Source: Paraphysomonas bandaiensis (taxonomy: Eukaryota; Protista; Chrysophyceae). From it: 64,000 nt of DNA. How positions within the stretch are numbered: position 1 is the first letter of the stretch; each line of letters starts with the position of its first letter. Made by a program: the position numbers and the translations under genes. Positions 24,242-36,642 of the stretch are shown one piece after another. Below the pieces are notes generated by a model. It searched no databases. It worked only from the letters and a program-made list of their open reading frames with translations, and was not told the origin of the DNA. The stretch spans positions 62,001 through 126,000 of the forward strand of contig CBFFRP010000141.1 in NCBI GenBank assembly GCA_965644295.1. Reading direction: 5' to 3'.

Positions 24242-25850
24242 ATGAAAGTTAGATATCGTGCTATTGAGTCAGGGTACGATATGCTGAGCTCTACTATGGC
24301 TATGGAATTAACAGAGAAGAAGCGTAACGATATTGATCCGGAGCAGGCTATAGTGGTGGCCCCTCTATTCGCTAATGGTAGCAGTAGCATTATATTCGAG
24401 GAGAGTGTGGCGGGTGAGGATGAGGAGGCGGGACACAGCTCGATGTTTGGAGCTGGATTTAATTTTGTGAACAGTATAGTTGGTGCGGGTATAGTGGGGA
24501 TGCCTGTTGCTATAGCGGAGTCAGGGTTTGCTATGGGTATGCTACTCCTCATATTGGTCGCCGTATTAGTTGATAGGAGTGTGATCATGCTTGTTGAGTG
24601 CGGATTAAGAGCAAAGAAAAAGAACTTAGAGGAATTGTGCGGGCATCTATTGGGCCCAACAGGTCACAACGTGGCCACCATTTTTATGTTTCTGTACGCC
24701 TATGGCGCTATGATAGCGTACATGGTTATTATTGGCGACACTGTTCCAGTTGCATTAAATTTCTTCTTTGGTGACGGTGTTCCCGGCAAAGATGCAATTA
24801 TTCTAATAGCTGCGGTGTTCATTATTCTTCCGTTGTCATTGCTGCGTGACATGTCATCACTCTCCTATACTTCATTACTTTCCATAACAGCCGACTTCAT
24901 TTTGATCATATTTGTCCTTGCCAACGGACCAAAGGCGGCTAGAGAGGAGGAAACCGAGTTTGAATCATCAGATTTGAATGTAATAAACTATAAGATATTT
25001 GAGGGAATTGGTACCTTCTCCTTTGCATTTGTATGTCAGCACAGCACGTTCATTGTGTTTCGAACTATGAAAAAGCAGGACCTCGCACATTGGACCATGG
25101 TTTCACACGGATCTCTCACAGTTGCGGCACTTATGTGTTTGGCTCTAGGTTTGTCTGGTTATCTCAGTTTTGGGTCCCACACTAAAGGCGACATACTTAA
25201 TAACTTCAGTGAAGAAGGTGAGCAGATCGATGGAGGTGACTTTAGTTTTGATAACCTGTTTTCTCAGATAAGCTCATGTTAGTGGGTCGACTTCTGTTAG
25301 CAATAACCATGGTGTTTACATTTCCGATGGAATGTTTTGTTGCTCGTCACGCCCTTGTGTCTGTTTGGCAGTCGATTCAGACTCCCCCACCATCCTCCCC
25401 AGCTGACCTACTTACGATTACGCCTACTTCTTCCGCAGAAGACACCACTGGTCAACAGATGAGCACCATGACCCATGTTTCGGTCACCCTTGGTCTATGG
25501 AGCACCACAGTTGCGATTGCGATATCATTTGGCGATCTGAGAATAGTACTCGCCATAACAGGTACATTACTTTACACTTTCTGCCTTTTCTAACAGTGTA
25601 TGTTTTTCTAGGAGCGTTGGCGGCTTCTATGCTAGGATACATACTTCCCGCTCTTCTGTACTTTAAAACTTATGAAGTTGACTTTAAGAAAGCTCGACTC
25701 GCATTTTCTCCGACATCTGAGTATTACCAGCCCCGACTACAGAACAGATTAAGAGGTATTCAGAAATTTTTATTTCCCGGATTTTGTCTCGTATTTGGTG
25801 CAGTTGCTCTTGTAATTGGGGTCGCCACTGTGATCTCTGAGTATGTTTAA
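24242..25850 (+). CDS. Amino-acid transporter (Aa_trans; SLC38A11/AVT-like), 3 exons
   Basis: NFVNSIVGAGIVGMP, FSFAFVCQH, GYLSFG..TKGDILNNF, FTFPMECFVAR and LGYILPAL. Two short introns at ~25236-25281 and ~25562-25611. Confidence 0.92.
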
Positions 25851-26332
25851 CTTGGTGCACTAAATAGCCATAGCGTAGTAAGTTTCCGTACTGGGCAGAA
25901 CTCTATAGTTTTGGCCTTTACGTGTGCATGAGTTAGCAGTAACCTTGCCCACATTGTCCTTATTCTGGAATGACGATTGTAATAATGACATCAACTGGCA
26001 AAATATGTAAATGGCGACATGTTTTAATGAACGACTTGTTATTATATTGAGCCACGCATAGGGTATTTATCTATACTACAGCAGTTCTGTTCCCATCATA
26101 TATAGGCCAGAAGGAATTTATTGAGTTTCACGGTTCGCGAGCAAGTAAAAGCTATATTTCAAAGTTATTTGAATTACGACTGTTCATTGAAGTAAACAGA
26201 AGTGGTTAACTACATCATCCCCATTTTTGCTAAAAAAAAGCTTTCTTCAACAGAACGCTTATATCAGCACTCAAGTTCAACTACAGAAGGAAGATGAACA
26301 TCAGCTCGATCTCCGTCATTTGTACATTTTTT

Positions 26333-26757
26333 CCCTCAACAAAGTCGGACTCGCACCTTTTCGTGGTGTTCTGGGGGATAAGTACTGGATATATTTCTCC
26401 GGGAATCTAACGTGAGCCGCAGAATCTAACTATATAATATAGTCAGCAGATATTGTTCACTCATTGCCGAATGCTAGTGTTGTACCAAGGTACAAGGGAC
26501 ACTTGTGTAGACATTTTGGGGCCTTGACGAATAAACAGGCATCCGGGAATGAGCCCACCTCAAGCCTTAAAAGCCTCCGGGATATTGGACTGCCTAAAAG
26601 ACATAGAGCGATAGTGGTGACGCACAAGCAGCTGTCAAAGCGTTAAATAGTAGGATATCAGAATTAAACGCTAGTTAGTTAAATTGTTTTGCTCTCTATC
26701 ATAGCTTTGCTCTTCTTATACACCTATTGCTAATGATTACACATTCACTACATTCAC
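26333..26757 (+). mobile_element. Short (~425 bp) SINE/SIDE-like element with HDV-ribozyme-like head and LINE 3' tail
   Basis: Head closely matches 21016-21118 and middle matches 22140-22250. Tail GGTGACGCACAAGCAG...AGCGTTAAATAGTAGGATATCAGA. Ends in two ACATTCACT units. Confidence 0.75.
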
Positions 26758-27313
26758 TTCTAAGTTCCACATAGACATTCAACTTCAATATTCAGTGCAA
26801 CAGAAGCTCTCTTCTATCTTAATTATAATATATATATTGACAGTCATAAAAAATATATATATATAATATATGTATATGTGAGTTTAAGTGTGATATCTGC
26901 TGATGCTCTATAGGTGGTTATAGGGGAAACGTCATCCAGTTCTTTCAGGTTTTGGGTCATGTCGTGCTTATCAGGATACTATTGTGTGCCTCATATATCA
27001 TTCACACATTATTCAATTCTGAACTATAGCAGCAATTCAGCGTGTTGTTGTATATATATATATATATAAATGTAAAAAATATATATATATATATATATAA
27101 ATGTGATGATGATGCTAAAAGTAAAAATGCAATAAGAAGCCTTGTACGACTACCCCTAAAAGTATCCTTTTGTTGGAGGGTTATATTGTTGTAGCTATAT
27201 TATAGAAATTTTGGGGTTTATTGCTTTTTAATTTAATATTTTATAATGTGTAATAATTGCTATTCCCTTGAAGGCATATTATACAGCGTACATACCATAG
27301 ATTTGAAACAATA

Positions 27314-28962
27314 CATATAACTGTCTGTTTATCAGTATATATAGACCGTCAGAACCAGCTTTTAGTAGTTAGTAAAAATGAAGACTAGAGTATATATAGT
27401 CAAACCTAGGTAAGCATCTATATAACTCTGATATCCTACTATTTAATGATACGAAAGATGCTTGTGCGTCACCGCAAGCACTATATTCCGCTCTTGAATA
27501 AAATGTGTATATCGAGGTTTGCCCAACGAGGGGATGATGAGTCCTTACTTCTTGGTCAATGCTCGTTTTAAGTCAGCCTTGGGGGGCGTCCATTGTGGTA
27601 GAGATCTCCGCAGGATAGTGAGGGTAGAGATCTCCGCAGGATTGTGAGGGTAGAGATCTCCGCAGGATTGTGAGGGTACTGGATTCTGTATCATAGGGTA
27701 GTGAGCGTACCGAGCGTGTGAGAACATGCTGTAAGCCTAAGTTTTGGATCATTATGAAGCGACACAGTTTGCAGTATATGAACCTGTGGAGCGCAAAAAT
27801 AACTGACGGAGAGTACAACGCTCTGCTTAGGTGATGTGGGGTTGAGGCATTATTGCTGTTATATGTCACGTGTGCGGGATGTGTGACAATAATAAACGAG
27901 TGTGAGACGTGTGTGGGATAGATGATACAACAAGAGCAGCTGTTGCCACCCTCTATAGTGGAGCATGATACTGCGATATGACGTCCTTACTTGTTGTGCA
28001 GAGGGAAAGTGAATTCGGAATTGGGGGAAGTTGCTATAAGAAGAGAGAGGAGTCCGATCCCGGGAATGACAAACTGGGTGCAGTCCTCTTCTCGTAGCGC
28101 CTAGTTCAGGCAGGAAGTCTGGGGTACACCGTGGTTGAGAGGTGACGTAACGGCAACTACGAATTTGGATCATTTGTTTGGCTGCAGTCGTACAAACCCT
28201 CACGAGTTCAGTATATTGCGCCCCAAACACATTATTTTTTTCTAGCTGAGGTTTGGAAATTGTTCCTGTCCTGTCCAGAAACTTTTACCTGCGGTAGGGA
28301 TGTGTTCCATGCGATACACAGTTCAACATGGCAGCACTCCAAATTGGCAAATTGGGAGCAGCGTGGTCTCGTATAGCCTTTCCTTGTGTGTGTTTGGAAG
28401 AAGGCGGCTTCTCGTACCTATGATAATATGATAGAGTTTTTGAGGACAGTCAGACTTATATATATGTTTGAGCAAAAATCAAGAAGGCGAAAGCCACAGT
28501 CTGAGCATTTGGCCTCCTGCTCAGGTCGAGTCCGTGCTTACTCTGTTTTGGCTCTTTCTGAGAATAATGCGTTGACGTAGTTGCGAGCTGTCACGGTTCA
28601 TTTTATGACAGCCATATCAGCAAGAGGTCAGTTTGTGAGGGAGTTGAGCACCACTCTCAGTCCAGTAGCCGGGTTCCCGGTCTGAATTATATTGCCATCA
28701 TAGAGTCGGTCTCTGATCGGTTTTCTATAATAGTAGGATATGTATGAAAGTCAGTAGCATGGGATGTGTGAGATGTGTGGGCGCCGTATTCCAGTGAGCC
28801 GCTACTAGTGACATATTCCTGACGTTAGAATGACCCGTGCAACGTCTATTTCACATCGAGTATAGTTGTGGCGACGGAGTGTTTGATCAACTTCCAAAAC
28901 AAGTTACCGCCTGCGATCCGTTATGTAGATGCCTTTGTCTTCGAGTGTCCACTCGGTTCGTA
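27314..28962 (-). mobile_element. 5'-truncated degenerate LINE (RNase H end, Cys/His remnant, 3' tail)
   Basis: Reverse strand encodes EWTLEDKGIYIT, CKLC...QHVL and GRPP. Stem-loop at 27459-27480. 25-bp TSD at 27289-27313 / 28963-28987 (22/25 identical). Confidence 0.78.
27597..27678. repeat. 26-bp tandem repeat x3 inside the LINE
   Basis: GGTAGAGATCTCCGCAGGATWGTGAG occurs three times, followed by GGTA. Confidence 0.95.
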
Positions 28963-29738
28963 TACATACCATTGGTGTGAAACAATATGAGTTTTCTTAA
29001 TATTAATCAGGGAACATATATTTTTCTTGCATCAAGCAAGCTACATCAATATATACTACATACTATATACTATATACAATAATCTAGATATTATTTTTTT
29101 GAACATAATGAGGATAAACTATAATTTAACCTAGTAGGGATAAGGATATAAGGAGTACCATTCCTTGTCTCTTTTTCAAAATTTTGAGCGCTGCACAATA
29201 TAGCCTCCCGCGTGGTTGAATATATGAAAACCTATTATGTTGTCATGATATATCACTCACAAAATGAAACGACTGAAATATATTGACCGAATAGGATCGT
29301 GATATATCTTAAGATCGTGTGATTGGTAGTACACGATTTTGGCGATAAACAATGAATGATAAGTGACATCGATCAGAATGTTTCTAATTTTATAATCAAC
29401 TAATTGGATGTTAAGTACGTTATGTTAATTAATTTTCAATCCTATTATGTCAATTAATTCATAGATTCACTTATCACCTATCCACTACTTAAAGTGAGCG
29501 AAAACATATTGAGTACAATCTTACATCTTCTCAATAGTTACCATACACGACAGGTGCATACATAAGACTTAAATGCAACCGTCCCGAATTCCACACATGG
29601 AAAGCTATGAAACCGTATATATGGGACAGTATTGAAAGGTATATTATTGATAACAACCATTAGATAATAATATACAAATATTGATTACTGATTCTTAACT
29701 TCCTGAAATGGCAGAAAATAAATATATCCAAGCTTGCG

Positions 29739-32029
29739 TCAGGCAGTTAGCACAAATAATGAACTCCACCATTTCCTTGTATAGTCAATAACTTTAAGCC
29801 AGATAGACGCAGCTTCAAGAGCAAACACGCGAGCGGAAATGAGAACATAGTTTACACATGTGGTGTAAACCTCACCCCAATCGTTGCAATTTTGTATATC
29901 CTCGTGGAAGATAACATCAGCAGTTGTGCTGGCAACGACTGAAAGCACTTAAGACAAGAAGTGTGTACACGCGTGTCTACTGACCTGTGATTGTATTTAT
30001 TGGAGTGCCAACAGACTTGTCCAGCTGTCGTAAACAGTCATTCGTCTTGAGGAGGAGAAGTAGTGCAGAGGGTACATGCTCCATGAGGTCGACAATTTGC
30101 ATGAAGTAACGCTTAGCATAAAATCTTACACTGGCCTTTTCACGTCGAGATCCTGTATTTCGTAATCTATTCTTCTGTTAGATGCATTACGCTTGATGAT
30201 ACGGGAAAACACACCTTGTCATATCGTGACTAACAATGTCATCCCAAGGTCGCAAGGTGAGCATAGCAGCTAGGAGTGGATACATGTCGCCAGCGTTCAT
30301 TTCGCCTGCACATCGTTTGATTTCATTCAGATCACTTGTAACTAGCCCTCGCCACAGGCGACAATAGTCTCTGTCGGTAACAAGTTAAAAAAAACGAGAG
30401 TTCTGGTTGCAAACCTGCGGAACTTGTCGTCGAGCTGCCTATAGAGCCCGTGGTCGAGAAGTACTATTTGAGGGCGTGGAGACAAAGAAAATAGAGAACG
30501 CAGTCTATCGTATAATGTAACAGGACTGTCGCTTACCCTCACCAGAACATTGGCGGTGTGCGGGTCTGCAATCGTCATTGAGCCAACAACATCGACCAAA
30601 ATATACATGAAATGCTTACCGCAGTGTACAAATCCATGTCGGTATCTGCATTCGAAACATTCTTCATCAGTAACAACACAAAAAATAAAACAAGGATCTC
30701 ACATCTGCTCACAGAAAGTCTTGGATATGAGTCTAGCAACCTCTGAAGGGTCCAGCTTCGTGTCCCGAAGCTTTTCAGTGTCCGTCATGTAGCAACCCTC
30801 CTCAAAGCTCATTACCAAAACACGCTTTGAACTGTGAAATACTTTGGGTAAAGCGAGATCCCCTGATTCTATCAAAGGGTACAAGAGTGACCGACACTGT
30901 TCGATGTTGCGTGCTTCCTGCACGAAGTCCAGCTCAAGAGGAAGATTCGTATTCATCTCCCTTGCCAGCCCTAACACATAAAGACATGATATTAGCTAGT
31001 ATGTATGATCACGTGCAAAATTCACGCACATTTGTATGAAAAACCTTTAAAAATACGGGCCACAAGATCGACCATGACTGTCACCGCTCGCATGTCGCTG
31101 GCTGCGGTCTCACTCAGACCTTCATGTTGCACTTTTACTGCGTATTTGCGCCCTTTAGCGTCATAAGCTACATGAACCTGTGCAAGAGAGGCGCTAGCAA
31201 TGGGTTCGGGGTCAAATACCGCCCATTTTTCTTCCGGAAGGGAGCCAGTTTCTTCGAATATCGTCCGCCGCACTGATTCAATTGAGGATCTGGGTGTGTC
31301 GTTTAGTAATCGACGCAGCGACAGAATGAATTCGTTAGGAAGCAGGTAGTCCAGCTGTGCGAGATGTTGACCTTTTCACAATATCGTTAACAAACTAGAA
31401 TACAATGTAGTACAAATAAACAAACCGAGCTTAATGTAAACTCCACCATTGGTCTCGCATAGTCTGAGCAGTCGTTCAGCACTGCGGCTGTGTACCGGTG
31501 AGAAAGGAGATGAGGATTCTACCTGCTCCTCCTTAGCAGCGAGATCCTCCTGGAATATATCAATGGTATAACGTACTCGCTAATACACTCTTACCGCTAT
31601 TTTACGAATTTTTTTAACGTTCTCCAGAATCTGTGCATCCAAATCGTCGATTTCCTCTTTGCTTAGAGCAGTCGAACGCCAACGACGAATGGACACTCGT
31701 TCATGTACTTCCCTCGCCTCCTTCAGCTGTCGACTGAGTTCAGAGTTAGTTTCACCTGTCTTTCTGTTGATCGCTATAGCAGTGCCATAATCCAGACATA
31801 TGATACCCACTGTAGACACCAGATTGCCCATCCTCCACAGCCCCTTAAAGGTAGACTGCACGCTATCTATGGGATTCTGAGGATCGCTATGAGCATATGG
31901 AGTGTATGTATAGACTATACACATCGGAATAACTGCTGCTCCTTTTGTGGATGCTATAGCCCTATAACACTCTTTGGTCCACCCCCGCCACCCCCCTATA
32001 CACATACGCACACGACCGAACACACGCAT
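29739..32029 (-). CDS. ABC1/UbiB atypical kinase (ADCK1/5-like), multi-exon
   Basis: NGGVYIKL, PIASASLAQVH, AVKVQH, ELDFVQEARN, FVHC|DPHTAN, LLDHGLY and LLLLKTNDCLR. Confidence 0.92.
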
Positions 32030-32187
32030 GATAACACTGTACACTGATAGACACACTCAGATCTGCTATTGCATCAACCACCACGGGAACTATTACAGTT
32101 ACTTGCAGAGAGTGAGCGGTGCACAACCAGATGGATTAATGGATTCCAACTACTCCAAATAAACACCCCAATACAACACCAACACAC

Positions 32188-32480
32188 TACATACATACAT
32201 ACATACATACATACATACATACATACATACATACATACATACATACATACATACATACATACATACATACATACATACATACAAACATACATACATACAT
32301 ACATACATACATACATACATACATACATACATACATACATACATACATACATACATACATACATACATACATACATACATACATACATACATACATACAT
32401 ACATACATACATACATACATACATACATACATACATACATACATACATTCATACATACATACATACATACATACATACAT
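32188..32480. repeat. (ATAC)n microsatellite, ~73 units
   Basis: Near-pure array with two point variants, ~160 bp upstream of the kinase ATG. Confidence 0.98.
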
Positions 32481-32671
32481 CATACAAAGGCATAAGCACC
32501 CATCTGCACCGCTGTACTTCTGCAGTGATACACAGGTACTGTTTCCATCCAACCCAATGATCACAGGAATCTTAGGCCCGCGGTCTTTATTCAGACCAGG
32601 TCATCCCTTCCCATTGGTTTCCATACAAAAAAAAGCTCACACACCTCCCAAAAAAAAATTCAGACCTGGTA

Positions 32672-32987
32672 CAGTTTTTTCATCCAAGTCTAAGAAATTT
32701 TTGGCCTGGCCCAACATTTTTTAGACCAGGCCGAAAATATTTTTCATCAAGTCCGCAAAATTCTGGACCTGGCCCGGCATTTTTTAGACCAGGCCGAAAA
32801 TATTTTTCATCAAGTCCGCAAAATTCTGGACCTGGCCCGGCATTTTTTAGACCAGGCCGAAAATATTTTTCATCAAGTCCGCAAAATTCTAGGCCTGGCC
32901 CGGCATTTTTTAGACCAGGCCGAAAATATTTTTCATCAAGTCCGCAAAATTCTGGGCCTGGCCCAACATTTTCTAGACCAGGCCGAA
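32672..32987. repeat. 63-bp subterminal tandem repeat, ~5 copies
   Basis: AGACCAGG recurs at 32723, 32786, 32849, 32912 and 32975 (period 63). Confidence 0.95.
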
Positions 32988-33098
32988 TCTAGGGCCAGGT
33001 GCTATGTCGGAAATGGCGTTGGAGACATGCTACCTGGTCGATATATATCTACTCCATAGTTCACCACAAATATACATATTCCACTCTATATCTGTACT

Positions 33099-33690
33099 AT
33101 GCCAGTCAAGAGAAAGCAATCCAAGACAGATACTGAGACTCTGCTGGATTCGGCACAGGCTATGAGAGACGAGGCCTGTGAAATAAGCGAGTGCAGTTAA
33201 TGTCGAGTCTGGAAAGACAGCACCGAGTTGAGTGCAACATACTCAGGTGAATTAATAAATCCTTTCAATAATGTGTTCATAACAGTGCTATATCACTACA
33301 GACTTGCGTACTGTTTAAGCGTGCAGTACCGAACACAAATTCTACTTTTGCCCAAGTATTAATGGTATGCCCAAGGACAGAGATGTCGAGACCGATGTAG
33401 AGATCGTGAAAGGTATGATAAGTAATGCGCATTCATGCTGTATTGGGTAATGGTTTCCTTACACAGGTCTCACTAACATGACCGCATGCTTCAAGAATTT
33501 GATGCCGATACTACAGGATCCAACAGTAGTGTTCGATCAGTACAAGGATGAGCACAGCTGGGATTTTAATATGTCACCAAAGGTGGGGTTACTTTCCCTG
33601 AGAAGTTGTTGTCGCCGAACAACATCTACATGAACACGGACGCCGAAAAGCCTTTCCGTCTGAAAAAAAGCGACAGAAGAGACTTATTAG
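33099..33690 (+). pseudogene. Decayed second Harbinger ORF (position expected for the DNA-binding partner)
   Basis: Starts MPVKRKQSK (NLS-like), has in-frame stops and GT-AG sites, and is convergent with the transposase. Identity is inferred from position only. Confidence 0.4.
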
Positions 33691-33949
33691 GATTCAGCTT
33701 AATACATGATTGTATCTGTGAGTTATAATGTTCAATGAAATATATCATGAACTGAATTAGAGAGAGTATATGTCGAAGATACATGATCTAACTATTCCGT
33801 TGTGCATGATAGTTATGTTCTATATTGTTGTTCATAATTTTCACTCTATCGTGTTCATTACTTACACTCTAATAATCACAACATTATTTTACTATTATAA
33901 AGATCAATTCTTTATTAGACTCCTTTAGTGGGAGCGATAGCGACATGCA

Positions 33950-34722
33950 ATTAGTAGCAAATCTATCTCTCATTCCTAATGCTACTCTTCTCAGTACCTT
34001 TTCATTCTGCTCGACACTCTCAGAGGTGGTATTCAAACCTGGAGTGCGGTAACTATCCACATGCAATCTAACTTTTGGTACGACACCATTCTGTGGACAG
34101 TCTGGGCGGAATGGATGCGCCTGTAATTCCGCATGATTTACAACTATACCTGTCGATAATCTATCCCTCAGACATAGATTATGTAGCTAGCAACGGACTT
34201 TAAAAATTTTCACCATAGCTCTGATGGTAAGACGCTCTAAAGGTGCTACAAGAATGCGCCACCTAGTCAGTACTGCTATAAGCAACACTATAACGTATAT
34301 TGCTACGCATTATTACCTACTGGTCATCATTCCGAAAGCTCTTTCGATGACCTGTCGTCCTTTGGATAAATAAAGATTGAATAAATCTTCTCGAGTATTG
34401 ACTCCATGTGCCCCTTCAAATGGACACAGTAAACAAGGCATCAGGCTGTATGCCGCATCTCCAACAAAGAAGTTCCCTTCAGAGACTTTGAATTCATCGT
34501 CTTTGCAGCGCTGCCAGAATCGCGATTTCCTTATGGCACATCCATCCGCAGTTGCACCCTTATGACCTACATTTACGTACAAGAACTCGTCGTTGTAATC
34601 AGCTACTCCTTGCATATTCAAAGCGTAGAACGACTTGTAACAGCGATAAGGACGGGCATTTCGAACTCCAGCTGGAAGTTTGATATGAACAAGTAACCCA
34701 TCAATTCCACCGAGACACTCAT
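33950..34722 (-). pseudogene. Harbinger (HARBI1-like, DDE_Tnp_4) transposase remnant
   Basis: CLGGIDGLLVHIKLP...YKSFYALNMQGVAD...VGDAAY...RQVIERAFG|WRIL...*LHNLC, with an in-frame stop and disrupted 5' part. Confidence 0.88.
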
Positions 34723-35555
34723 CCTGGAGATGGAGACATTCTGAAGAGACCCTTATATTCCTCCGGAGATAGCTGAGAAATGTACTTTTCCGCAGCTTCC
34801 CGGCAAAAATTTAAGTCAGATCTATTTCTAGACTTTTCCTTCATGATTTCCTCTGCTTCATCTACTGTCGATGCCTCTCCATTTTCTATCATGCTCAATT
34901 ATCTGCTGCTTCTTGTAATCGCGTAATTCTTTCGGATTTTCTTTACAATAGCGATGAAATAACTCCCCTCTCCGGTCAGCTTCATCGAATAAATACATAA
35001 GCCTGTCATGTCGACTACTTGTTGGGAAGATATTCATGTCTCAATCATCTATAATGGTCACTGTGTATCCACACTTTAAGAGGTTAATATTGTAACGTGT
35101 GTTTCTATATGTTACTGTTTTGTCGTTTTTTTGAGGTTTTCAGGCCTGGTCTGAATAAAGACCGCGGGCCTTATACATCTCTCTGTATTTTCTGATGGAA
35201 ATTGAATTAATACAAACTCGATAGTGTATATTAAAGTCGTGTATATTGCTTATTACTTGTTGTTGTTGCGATCATGTTCATCCGCTATGACCTCCTCGAA
35301 CTCGTAGAGTATGACTATGTAGTACGTAGAGTAAATAGTTTGCACTCAGAAGGACTTTCATAGCTTTTCTTGATCAGTAATATGGCAATGATATTGACCT
35401 CTTGCTGTGTATACCTTCATCTCCCCTTATTCTCAGATGCTCATTTCCAATAAATAGTTGTAATTGTTTTACCAGTTGGTTTTATACTTTATCCCCATTT
35501 TGTCTCAAAATATGCTTTTTTGACCTGATTTTGACTCAACAGGGCGCTCATATCA

Positions 35556-36337
35556 CCACCGGGCAAATATAGACATTCAACTTCAATATTAGGTTGAACA
35601 GAAGCTCACTTCTATCTTCATTATGATAATGACAGTCGTATGTACGTGATTTCATTATAGTACACAATTATAGAGAAACCACAATCATGAGCCAAATATC
35701 AAGAGCAGATCATTTAACACTCCAGGTTATATTCCATCCTTCGACTGCTGTATAAGATCACAACGATGTCAGTGCAAGTGATCTGTCTTCATATCCAGGA
35801 CTTCGAAACAACTTCAAGAATATTACAGGAGAGTTTAAGTACCATATCTGATGCTATATAAGTGGTTAGGAGCAGTGGCACCCAGTTGTTTCAGGGTTTG
35901 AGCCATATCGTGCTTCTCAGGATATTGTGTGTCTCATATCATACACACATCCTTCGATCAGGAGCACTTGCAGAGGTAAAGCCTGCTGTATATAAATGTG
36001 ATGATAATGCTAATTAAGGCAATAAGAAGCCTCTCTTTCACCTTCAACTGTTTACATTTATCATCACACTTACAGTATACATATCATTCATTTGAAACTA
36101 TATGAGTTCTCATTTGTGTTATTAATGCTAATCAAGGAGCATCTATTTCTTAATACAGCAAGCATGCTACAAATAGCTATACAATCTAATAATAACTTTT
36201 CAACGTCATGAGGATAAGCTACAATTTAACCTAGGGATAAGGAGTATCGTCCCTTGTCTAAATTTTAAAACTCGAGCTTTTCGCCCTCGTTTCAAAATTT
36301 TGAGCGCGGGACGATATAGCCTCCTTATTGCCCGTGG
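35556..36337. mobile_element. Uninterrupted copy of the non-autonomous DNA element (~780 bp)
   Basis: Imperfect TIRs CCACCGGGCAAATA / TATTGCCCGTGG. Homologous to 26767-29215. Confidence 0.7.
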
Positions 36338-36642
36338 TTAAATATAACTATACACTCACTCATAGCAACTGGTAACTGAATAGGTGACACATATTGCGCA
36401 CCTATAATTCTGAATTGCACTACACGTAGGAAATCATAGCTAAAAACAACTTTCCACTTTCCACGCCATATTTCCCTAACTCTGAGTTACACAAAATTGT
36501 ACACATTCGTTTAGTGCAAAGCTAGTTAGAGTAGTAGTTTTGCTCCCAGCAAATATATTAGAATTTCAAACACTTCGTAAAAATACAATTTTCATCAACA
36601 GTGCTACAACAATATGAACAATTACACAGAAGCAACAACACA

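Larger units (their letters stand above)
26767..29215. mobile_element. Non-autonomous DNA element (CCAC...GTGG ends), split by a LINE insertion; homologous to 35556-36337
   Basis: 26771-27140 aligns with 35569-36030, and 28963-29215 aligns with 36078-36337. Confidence 0.7.
32575..35170. mobile_element. PIF/Harbinger DNA transposon with intact ends and decayed ORFs
   Basis: Perfect 26-bp TIRs GGCCCGCGGTCTTTATTCAGACCAGG (32575-32600, 35145-35170). 3-bp TTA TSD on both sides. DDE transposase remnant on - and a convergent decayed ORF on +. Confidence 0.93.

Noticed and set aside
32672-32987. CRISPR-like appearance of the 63-bp repeats (also the 26-bp repeats at 27597)
   Set aside because: They are contiguous tandem units without unique spacers, inside transposons, in a eukaryotic context with no cas genes.
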